Origin: Candidatus Eiseniibacteriota bacterium
Lineage (GTDB): Bacteria > Eisenbacteria > RBG-16-71-46
Direction of reading: 5' to 3'
DNA length: 64,000 nt
Assembly (NCBI GenBank): GCA_963717935.1
Contig: CAVQXP010000004.1
Location: 832,001-896,000 of the forward strand
Positions within the stretch are counted from its first letter, which is position 1; the number at the start of each line of letters is the position of its first letter. Below the pieces are notes generated by a model. It saw only the letters and a list, made by a program, of their open reading frames with translations, searched no databases and was not told the DNA's origin. Position numbers and translations under genes: made by a program. Of this stretch, positions 53,280-64,000 are shown in pieces.

Positions 53280-54707
53280 ATGAAACCGTCAGGATTGCTC
53301 GTGCTCCTCGTGTCCGCCGCGGCGCTCGCGCCTGCATCCCGGGCGCTGGCCACGGCGCCCGCGCCCGTGGTTCCCGCCGTCGCTCCGGCCGCCGACGTGC
53401 GGCTCGTGACGCTCAAGAACGGCATGCGGCTCCTGCTCGCGCCCGACTCGGCGGCCGGAGCCCTGGACGTGGCTGTCTGGTACCGGGCCGGCACGGCGCA
53501 CGAGCGCGCGGGTCTCAGCGGCATCTCCCATCTCTTCGAGCGCCTCATGTTCGCCGGCTCCGAGCATTTCGGCCCGCAGGAGCACAACCGCCTGGTGCAG
53601 GCCGAGGGTGGCCTGGCGAACGCCTACACCACGCCCGACTACGCCTGCTACTACCAGACCATCCCGTCCGGGGCGCTCGAGCTGGTCCTGAAGCTCGAGG
53701 CGGACCGCATCGCCTCGCTCAAGCTGACGGCCGCGGCGCTCGAGGCCGAAAAGCGCGTGGTTCGCGAGGAGCAGCGCTGGCGTGCCGGGGCGCCGCCGAT
53801 CGGGAACGCGCTCGATGGGCTCGGCCGCCTGGCGTGGCCTTCTCATCCCTACGGCTGGCCCATCCTCGGGCTCGACGAGGACCTCGCCCGCATCAGCCTG
53901 GCCGACTGCCAGGCCTATTATCTGGGTCACTACGCGCCCAACAACGCCACCGTGACCATCGTCGGCCGCTTCGACCCGGACCAGGCGCTGCGGGCTGCGA
54001 AGCGCTGGCTCGAACCGCTCAAGCGCCGTCGTGTCGCGAACGACGCGGCGCTTGCCGAGCCCGCGCAGAAGACCGGGCGGCGCGCCTTCGAGCGCAGGGA
54101 CGTACCGTTCGGCGCGCTGCTCGCGGGCTGGAAGACCCCCGGCCGCGCGGACCCGGACAGCCCCGCGCTCGGCCTGCTCTCCCGGATCCTCACCGGGGGG
54201 CCGGCCTCGCGCCTGCAACGCGCCCTCACGGCGGAGCCGCTGCGGTGTGTCCATGTCCAGGGCGCTCTGGATGGCCGGCGCGAGAGCGGCCTGCTCTACG
54301 CCATGGCCGTGCTGAGGCCCGGCGCGGACAGCGCGGGCGTCGAGCGCGTGCTCGTCGAGGAGGTCGAGAAGCTCGCACGGGAGCCGGTGGGTGAGGAGGA
54401 GCTGGAGCGCGTCCGGCGGCAGGAGGAGATCGGCACGCTGCTCGCGTGGCAGACGGCTCGCGGTCGCGCCGAGGCGCTGGGTTCGGCCCAGCTCGTCGAG
54501 GGTGACTGGCGCGCGGCCGCGCGCCGCCTCGAGCGGATGCGCCAGCTCACGCCGGCCGACCTGCAGCGCGCCGCGGCGCGGGTGCTCGTCAGCGCGGGGA
54601 GCAACGTGCTCTGGGTCGCGCCCGAGAAGCTGCCCGCCGGTGTTCCGGCAGGGACTGGTGGTGGAGGGCCCGGGCCCGGTGGCCCGCCCGCCGAGGGAGG
54701 ACGCTGA
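53280..54707 (+). CDS. Secreted M16 (pitrilysin/insulinase) family peptidase; Zn motif HLFER instead of HxxEH
   Basis: TLKNGMRL, VWYRAG, SHLFERLMFAG, NAYT, HPYGWP, YAPNNA. Confidence 0.85.
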   Translation: MKPSGLLVLLVSAAALAPASRALATAPAPVVPAVAPAADVRLVTLKNGMRLLLAPDSAAGALDVAVWYRAGTAHERAGLSGISHLFERLMFAGSEHFGPQEHNRLVQAEGGLANAYTTPDYACYYQTIPSGALELVLKLEADRIASLKLTAAALEAEKRVVREEQRWRAGAPPIGNALDGLGRLAWPSHPYGWPILGLDEDLARISLADCQAYYLGHYAPNNATVTIVGRFDPDQALRAAKRWLEPLKRRRVANDAALAEPAQKTGRRAFERRDVPFGALLAGWKTPGRADPDSPALGLLSRILTGGPASRLQRALTAEPLRCVHVQGALDGRRESGLLYAMAVLRPGADSAGVERVLVEEVEKLAREPVGEEELERVRRQEEIGTLLAWQTARGRAEALGSAQLVEGDWRAAARRLERMRQLTPADLQRAAARVLVSAGSNVLWVAPEKLPAGVPAGTGGGGPGPGGPPAEGGR

Positions 54708-54709
54708 TC

Positions 54710-56896
54710 ATGGCCACGCTCACCAGAACGCTCGCCCGCACCTTCGCTCCGGCCCTCGTGGCCACGCTGTCCGTTGGTTCCGCCGGGGTCTTCGCGGCGG
54801 AACTGCCCGCCTTCCGCGCGCCGGTCCCGGTGGTCCGCACGCTGCCGAACGGGCTTCGGGTCGCCGTCTTCGAGGACCGGCGGCTTCCCCTGGTCCAGAT
54901 GCAGTTGCTGCTGCCCGCCGGTGTCGCGCAGGAGAGGGCGGAGACGCCGGGAGCGGCCAGCGCCACGGTCCAGCTCCTGCGCGCCGGCACCAGCTCGCGC
55001 ACTGCCGGGGCCTTCGCGGCCGACGTGGACTACCTCGGCGGCAGCATCAGCGGCGCCGCCACCCGCGACTACTCCGCCGTGAGCGGGACGTTCCTCTCGT
55101 CCGATTTCGAAGCGGGACTCGAGTTGCTCGCGGACGCCGTCGTGAATCCCGTCTTCCCGCCCGAGGAGGTGGAGCGCTTCCGCGCGCAGTCCGCGGGCCT
55201 GCTGCTTCCTGCGCTCCAGAACCCCGCCGCGCAGGCGGAGGACCAGCTCTGGGCCCTCGCGTTCCAGGGGCATCCGTACGAGCGGAATTCGCTGGGCACG
55301 CTCGAGTCGCTGGGACGACTGGACCGTGAAGCGGTGAGGGTGTTCCACCGTGATTTCTACCGTCCCGACCTGGCTGTCCTCGCGATCGCGGGGGACGTGG
55401 ACCTCGAACGCGCCTTCGCCGTCGCGAGCGACCGCTTCGGCAGCTGGGCGGGCCGGGCCGCCACGCCACCCCGCCCGCCCCTGCCCGCTCCACCGGCCGC
55501 GATGCGGATCCAGCTCGTGGACCGCCCGGGCCTGACCCGGAGCGAGGTGCGCATCGGCCTCGTCTGTCCGTCGCGCGCCGACCCGGACGCCCTGCCGCTG
55601 CAGGTGGCGAACTACGTCCTCGGCGGCGGGTTCTCATCGCGGTTCACCCAGTCGCCGCAGGTGACCGGTGGCGGGCCCCACGACGTACGCAGCAGCTACA
55701 CCATCCTGCGCGATGCCGGCCTGGTCAGTCTCGGGGCCGTGGCCCGCAATGACTCCGTCGGCATCCTCGTGGCCGGCATGCGCGACGAACTCGCGCGGCT
55801 GCGCACGCGGCCCCCGGACGAGGCGGAGGTGGCGGCCGCGCGGCGCTGCTTCGTGAACAACTACCCGCTCCAGTTCCAGACGCCGGGGGCGCTCATCGCG
55901 CAGTGGATGGGCGCGGACTTCTACGGTCTCACCTCCGCCTGGCTCGACCACTACGTCGAGAGCGTCGGCGCGGTGACGGCCGCGCAGGTGGCCGACGCCG
56001 CGTCCCGCTGGCTGGATCCCGCGCGCTGCGTGGTGGTCGTGGTCGGCCCCGCCGCCGAGCTGAGGGAGCAACTCGAGGCCCTGGGTCCGGTGGAGGCCGC
56101 CGGTGCCGGGGCCGGAGCCGAAGCCGCCGCCGCGACTCCAGCCGCACCGCCTCCGGCCAGCCTCGAACAGAAGAAGCGCGGACGCGAGCTGCTGGCCCGG
56201 GCCCTCACCGCGCACGGCGGCCTCGAACGACTGCGCCGCGTGGAGGACACGACCCTCGAGGGCGACATGCTCTTGCAGCTGGACGGCAATATCCTCACGG
56301 TCCAGACGCGGCAGATCCGCAAGGAACCGTTCCGCATGAGATACAGCACGCGTGCTTCGAGCCTGGAGAACGGCCAGGTTCTCAACGGCACGCGGGGCTG
56401 GATGTACTCGAGCATCGACGACTCGATGCAGGTGATGGAGGTGGACAGCGCGGGCATCGAGGCCCTGCGCGCGGTCTTCCGCTCGGACGTGGTGCATTCG
56501 CTGCTGGCCGCGGCCGAGCCAGCCACCGAGGTCGCCTGGCTCGGGCCGGGCCGGGCCGACGGCCGCGCGGCCGACGTGCTCGAGGTGACCGCCGCCGCGC
56601 CCCCCGGGGGAGGGCCCCCGGAGCAGCGCCTCCTCTATCTCGACGCCACGGACCACCGGCTGATCGCCGAGGATCTGGGGGATGCCGGGATGCGGGCGAG
56701 CCGCGGAGCGGTGCGCCGCGTCTACCGCGACTACCGCACGGTGGCTGGCGTGCCCTGGCCGTTCTACGAGGAGCGCCTGCGCGGTGGCACGAAGACGGTG
56801 ACCCTCAGTCTGCGGAGCGTGACCATCAACACCGGGGTGAGCGACCTGATGTTCGAGCCGCCCGCGCAGCCGGTGAAGGACCAGCCGCTGCGCTAG
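54710..56896 (+). CDS. M16 family non-catalytic subunit fused to a LolA-like/lipoprotein-sorting-type C-terminal domain
   Basis: TLPNGLRV, no HxxEH, HPY, FYRPD, LGGGFSSR; C-terminal AHGG...DYRTVAGVPWPF...INTGVSDLMF. Confidence 0.75.
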   Translation: MATLTRTLARTFAPALVATLSVGSAGVFAAELPAFRAPVPVVRTLPNGLRVAVFEDRRLPLVQMQLLLPAGVAQERAETPGAASATVQLLRAGTSSRTAGAFAADVDYLGGSISGAATRDYSAVSGTFLSSDFEAGLELLADAVVNPVFPPEEVERFRAQSAGLLLPALQNPAAQAEDQLWALAFQGHPYERNSLGTLESLGRLDREAVRVFHRDFYRPDLAVLAIAGDVDLERAFAVASDRFGSWAGRAATPPRPPLPAPPAAMRIQLVDRPGLTRSEVRIGLVCPSRADPDALPLQVANYVLGGGFSSRFTQSPQVTGGGPHDVRSSYTILRDAGLVSLGAVARNDSVGILVAGMRDELARLRTRPPDEAEVAAARRCFVNNYPLQFQTPGALIAQWMGADFYGLTSAWLDHYVESVGAVTAAQVADAASRWLDPARCVVVVVGPAAELREQLEALGPVEAAGAGAGAEAAAATPAAPPPASLEQKKRGRELLARALTAHGGLERLRRVEDTTLEGDMLLQLDGNILTVQTRQIRKEPFRMRYSTRASSLENGQVLNGTRGWMYSSIDDSMQVMEVDSAGIEALRAVFRSDVVHSLLAAAEPATEVAWLGPGRADGRAADVLEVTAAAPPGGGPPEQRLLYLDATDHRLIAEDLGDAGMRASRGAVRRVYRDYRTVAGVPWPFYEERLRGGTKTVTLSLRSVTINTGVSDLMFEPPAQPVKDQPLR

Positions 56897-56947
56897 CCTG
56901 GAGCCGCGGGCCCGGTCGCGACAGGAGCGCCTCGAAATCGGGTCTCA

Positions 56948-56980
56948 GGGGCCCGGCCGGAGATCGGCCGGGCCTCTTTG
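56948..56980 (+). terminator. Rho-independent terminator-like hairpin
   Basis: GGCCCGGCCG-GAGAT-CGGCCGGGCC followed by TCTTTGT. Confidence 0.65.
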
Positions 56981-57015
56981 TGCCCTGCGTACATCCCCGC
57001 TATCCTGCACTCCCT

Positions 57016-59905
<2,890 letters not shown>

Positions 59906-59929
59906 GCCGAAGCGGGATCGGGAAGTGGG

Positions 59930-59955
59930 AGGGCCGGGGCGCAAGCCCCGGCCCT
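59930..59955. terminator. GNRA-capped hairpin between convergent genes
   Basis: AGGGCCGGGGC-GCAA-GCCCCGGCCCT. Confidence 0.65.
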
Positions 59956-59977
59956 TCGCGTCGTGCGCCAGGTCGCG

Positions 59978-60670
59978 CTAGGGACTCGCCGCTGTCGGGC
60001 CGGTTCCAGGGTCGGAGCGCTCGGGGTGGTGGAGCCGTGCGGCCAGCTCGGCCACGACCGGCCCCCAATCGCCCGACGGGTCGGCGGTCTGTGCGGCGTG
60101 GAACTCGGCGAGGGCGTCCCAGGGCATGCCCCACGTGACGTAGCGGTGCGCCCACGTCGCGTGGACCCGCGCCCGCCAGGCGGGCGTCGTCGTCATCCGT
60201 CTCGCGACATCCAACTGTTCGAGGGACTCGCGCATCAGGGCGACGCGCTCGAAGCTCGAGCGCGTGGCGAGTCCCATGAGATCAAGGCGGGGCCGGCTCT
60301 GGATGGCCGCGTTGTGCAGGGCGGTGGAGTACTCAACGTGGGCCGCCGCGGAGGCTCCAGGGAAGCTCGACGCGTGGAGGAAGTAGGCCAGGCTCAGGTC
60401 CGCGCGGCCCGCGCCGAAGAGCTGTATCCCGCGCTGCCGGGCCTCGTCGGGCCCGAGCCGGGCGATCGAATCGGGGACAGCCGCCGCGCTGCCGTGCGCG
60501 CGGGGTCCACGCCGGCCCCACGACCGCAGGACGAGGACGCCGGCCACGACGACGGCGAGCGCCAGCGCCAACGCCACGAGCCCGCGCGCCGGCAGGGCGG
60601 GCCGGGCCCGTCGTGCCGGCGCGTCCGAGCGGGGCGCGCGTCCGGCCCGCGCGCGGCGGCGGGCGCTCAC
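59978..60670 (-). CDS. Hypothetical membrane-anchored helical protein (paralogue of 60667..61389)
   Basis: Arg-rich N-terminus, TM helix, YSTALHNA..ATRSSFERVALMRE..WGMPW; GTG 60670 overlaps upstream stop. Confidence 0.72.
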   Translation of the reverse strand: MSARRRARAGRAPRSDAPARRARPALPARGLVALALALAVVVAGVLVLRSWGRRGPRAHGSAAAVPDSIARLGPDEARQRGIQLFGAGRADLSLAYFLHASSFPGASAAAHVEYSTALHNAAIQSRPRLDLMGLATRSSFERVALMRESLEQLDVARRMTTTPAWRARVHATWAHRYVTWGMPWDALAEFHAAQTADPSGDWGPVVAELAARLHHPERSDPGTGPTAASP

Positions 60671-61389
60671 TTCGCCTCGGGCGTCGCACGCGCGGGCGTC
60701 GTGCCACCGCTCGGGCCGACCAGGGCCGGCGAGCGCAGCAGGTCCATGTACCGGTCCGCCTGCAGGGCCAGTGCGCGGTCTGCGGGGTCGGCGAACTGGG
60801 CCTCGCGGTAGGCCGCGAAGGTCTCCCAGGGCAGTCCCCAGAGCCAGAGCATCCGGGCGCGGGTGGTTCTCGCCAGCGCGAGATCGCGCGGCGTGCGTGC
60901 CAGCCGCTCGGCAGCGAGGATCTCCTGCACGGCCTCGCGCATGCACGCGATCCGCTCCCAGCTCGAGCGCACGGCATACACGGGCAGACCGTTGCGCGCC
61001 TCGATCTCGAGGGTCGCGTTGTAGAGCGCCGTGCCGTAGTTGAAGTGGAGCTGCCAGAAGTCCGCGCGCACGTTCCGGAGCGACTGCCGGTAGTAGGGCA
61101 GGCTCGCGACGTGGCGGTTGGCCAGGCTCAGGGAGTCCGCGGTCCTGAAGACGGTCTCCGGGTCCAGCGCGGCGATGGCGCCGTTCACTGGCGCCGGTCC
61201 GGAGGTCGCGAGCGGCCCGCGCGTCAGCCGGCGGCCGAGGAACCAGGAGCCCGCAGCGACCACGACGATCGCGATCGCGATCCACGCGATTCGGCGCGCG
61301 CGCGGACCAGGCGGCCACCCGGTGCCCTGGTCTCCGCGGAGCGGCCCCGTGCCTGCGGCCGCGGCCCGCCGCCCGCGCCGCCGGCTCAT
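60667..61389 (-). CDS. Hypothetical membrane-anchored helical protein (paralogue of 59978..60670)
   Basis: Arg-rich N-terminus, TM helix, YGTALYNA..AVRSSWERIACMRE..WGLPW; ATG 61389 overlaps upstream stop. Confidence 0.72.
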   Translation of the reverse strand: MSRRRGRRAAAAGTGPLRGDQGTGWPPGPRARRIAWIAIAIVVVAAGSWFLGRRLTRGPLATSGPAPVNGAIAALDPETVFRTADSLSLANRHVASLPYYRQSLRNVRADFWQLHFNYGTALYNATLEIEARNGLPVYAVRSSWERIACMREAVQEILAAERLARTPRDLALARTTRARMLWLWGLPWETFAAYREAQFADPADRALALQADRYMDLLRSPALVGPSGGTTPARATPEAK

Positions 61390-63495
61390 CGCGCGCTCCC
61401 GGTCAGCCGCACGGCTGCCTGCCGCGTGCCGGGCGGCGCCAGCACAACGCGGTCCGAGCCACCGCGCACCAGCGGTGCCGCCGGTACGTCCGCGAGACGT
61501 GTCCCGGGCGGGAGCGTGAGCGAGGTCCACACCGGCACAGCGCTCCAAGTCCAGCGGGCGCCGTCGCCCTGGCGGTGGAACTCGAGATCCATCAGGCCCC
61601 AGCGCGTGGGGGCGCGCTGCACGCGGGCGCCGTTCCACCAGCGGGCGCGGGCGCCGAGCGTGAGCCTCAGCGTGTCCTCGTCGTCGAAGACGAGCGCGTC
61701 GCGCAGGAGATTCGCCAGGGCGGCCGCGCTCGTGCCGTGCGGCGGAAGGTTCACGCCGAAGTCGCGGGTGGAGCGCGAGAACAACTCGGCCCCGCCGCCG
61801 CTCGCGGTGCGCCAGTGCAGCATGGCCTCGAGCACGCTGTCCGCCGCCGCCGGCTCGCCCGCGAGCAACGCCCACGTCGCGAGGTCGGCCCCCACGTAGT
61901 GCTGCAGCGTGTCGGGCGAGCCATACGTCGTGAGCCCCGGGCCGCCTGCGGCCACCCAGATGCGCCGTGCCATGGCCCTGACCCGCGGGTCACCGGCGGG
62001 CAGCACGCCGCAGGGATGGGTGACGGCGACGTTGCCCCAGTCCCGGCCGATGCCCTGCCAGGAGGGGGGTACGTCGCGGTGTTTCACGCGCTCGAGCGCC
62101 TTCATGAAGTCAGCCAGGTACACCGCGCGCGAACGTTCGACCTCGTCCGCCTGTGCCGTGCGGCCCGCGGCCGCCAGCAGGCGCGCCGCGGAGCGGTATC
62201 CCGCCAGGGCCCAGGCGTCGTTGCCCAGGAGTTGGGCCCGCACCAGCTCGCCGTCGCGCGGATCCGCATAAGGAAGGAGCGGTGCCGAACTCCCACCCCG
62301 ACTGGCGGCCCAGCTCACGCTGCCACTCGACCCAGCGCCAGGCGCGCTCGGCCGCGGACGCGAAGCGGCCGACGGAATCGTCGGCCGCAGGTCTGAGAAG
62401 GGCCTGCTCGAACGCCCACAGGGCCTGCCCGGTACCGTCGAGTTGTCCGCGCTGGCTCAGGAAGGCGCCCTGCGGCCATTGCAGGCCCTCGAAGCCGGCG
62501 CACAGATCGCGCGCCTCGCGGGTGTAGCCCAGCACGGCGAGCGCGCGGATCGAGCGGGCCCCATCGCGCAGCCAGACGTCGCGGTACTGGAAGGGATTCG
62601 CGATCGGCACCCAGACCGGGCCGCGGCGCTCGCGCAGCGACAGGAGCGTCACCCGCGCAGCGCGCAGCGCGCACTCCACTTCCGGGTCGCCGAGGTCGAA
62701 GCGCGCGCCCCGCGCCACCTCCCGCTCCCAGTACGTGCGCGCTTCGGTGGCCCGACGCGCGTGCGGGACGCGCGCCCAGCGGGCCAGAGCGCGCGCCGTG
62801 CCGGGGTAGGTGGGCAGGACCAGGCGCAGGCTGCGCGTGGCCCCGGGGGCGAGCGTCCACTCGTGGGTCTGCGCGCGTCCCGGCGACGGCATCGCCCCCC
62901 CGCGTTCAGCGCACCAGCCCTGCACCGTGTCGGGCGTCTCGCCCTCGCCCCAGCGCAGCACGCGGGGCCGCTCTTCCGCGGCGTCGAAGGCCACGAAGGC
63001 CGGCTGCCATGGAGGCTCGAGACGGACCTCGAGGCGGACGCTGCAGGCGGCGCCGCCGGTGTTGGTCGCCCGGACCAGGACCGAGGCGACCAGGCCTGAG
63101 TCGCGCGGAGCGGGCTCGGGAAGCGCGACGGCCTCGAAGTCCCAGCGCACGTCGCCCGAGCGGCGCGTCCAGTGCGCCACCGGGCACCAGCGCTCCTCGA
63201 AGGCGACGACGTGCGGCGCAGCGGCGGAGTCGGCGCCGGCCGAAGGGATGAGCCGCACCTGCCACTCGCCGTTGTAGAGGTCCCCGGCCGGCGTGATCTG
63301 CCAGGCCCGCGTGGCGCCCGGCCACATCAGCGCCGCGGTCGAGCGCGCGTAGGCCTCGGGGATCGAATCGGGGTCGAAGCGCTGCGCCCGCGGGCCGGGG
63401 CCGGACGGGGCGCAGCCGCCGAGCAGCAGGGCGGTCGCCAGGGTGACCGGCAGGATCGTGGAGAGGTGGAGTCGCAGGCGCAATCGGAGGCTCAT
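61386..63495 (-). CDS. Putative six-hairpin glycoside hydrolase-like lipoprotein; frameshift near 62283
   Basis: Lipobox LGGC, NPFQYRDVWLRDGA, GQLDGTGQ, GNDAWALAG, NLPPHGTSAA, RAPTRWG; ORFs 62110..63495 and 61386..62318 join. Confidence 0.62.
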
Positions 63496-63686
63496 GGGTG
63501 ATTCCCCGGAACGCGGGTCGGGCGCAGCCGCGCCCGCAGGTGATCACGCGATCCACGATACACGCTGGTCCCGGCGCTGACGAGTCGGGAAGGCGGCCCG
63601 TTTGCCGCCCCCGTGCCCGGCCCTTATCCTTTCCGCCAGCCTGGCCCGCCGGCCCGTGGCCGGGGGGTGACCCTGCCGGAGGCCCC

Positions 63687-64000
63687 GTGTACATCGAGGA
63701 GTACCTGCAGGACCTGCGCCGCGACGGCTTCGCGCCGCGCGCCATCGTGCGCTACGTGCGGCGCGCCTTCGCGCGGGCGCGCGAGGGCATGATCGCCAAC
63801 CCGGGGGCGGCCCGCTCGATCTGGAGCCTGGGGCTCGTCTTCTTCTCCCTGTGCTTCGTGGGCTCGACGGCCATCGCCCTGTGGGACGGGCGGCGCCTCG
63901 CGCTCGACTTCTTCCTCTTCACCACGCTGGCGATGCTGCCCGTCTTCGCGGCCGTCACGCTGCACCTCGATCTGCTGCGCGACCGCGAGGGCTACCGGCT
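63687..64000 (+). CDS. Membrane protein, truncated by window end
   Basis: GGAGG RBS + GTG; VYIEEYLQDLRRDGF...two hydrophobic segments; open to the end. Confidence 0.65.
   Translation, partial: MYIEEYLQDLRRDGFAPRAIVRYVRRAFARAREGMIANPGAARSIWSLGLVFFSLCFVGSTAIALWDGRRLALDFFLFTTLAMLPVFAAVTLHLDLLRDREGYR

Overview
Very GC-rich bacterial chromosomal segment with about 47 genes. There is no rRNA, tRNA, CRISPR array, prophage or transposase that I can recognise. Several secreted proteins end in FlgD/T9SS-like C-terminal domains, which suggests (inference only) an uncultured FCB-related lineage such as Candidatus Eisenbacteria. In order: a TetR-regulated HlyD/ABC-2 efflux operon; an arginine synthetase (ArcE-like) plus ornithine carbamoyltransferase pair; a rhodanese/MauE pair; an orphan P-loop protein; two GT-C glycosyltransferases; cutA-tsaD; a three-gene c-di-GMP/two-component module whose kinase lacks its phospho-acceptor His; priA; HD and TPR proteins; ilvC; HU; ltaE; an rsmI-CDP-alcohol transferase-ino1-tmk operon; a C-terminal protease; a palindromic REP/MITE-like element; dusB-larB-larC-ABC ATPase. 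It continues with a ~17 kb locus of uncharacterised exported proteins (a ~1450 aa CTD protein behind a long structured leader, two related lipoproteins, another CTD protein, an S8 protease and an M16 pair), ppdK, and a glycosidase-like lipoprotein with two tandem paralogues of unknown family. At least 11 single-base frameshifts, some in essential genes, indicate sequencing/assembly indel errors rather than real pseudogenes.
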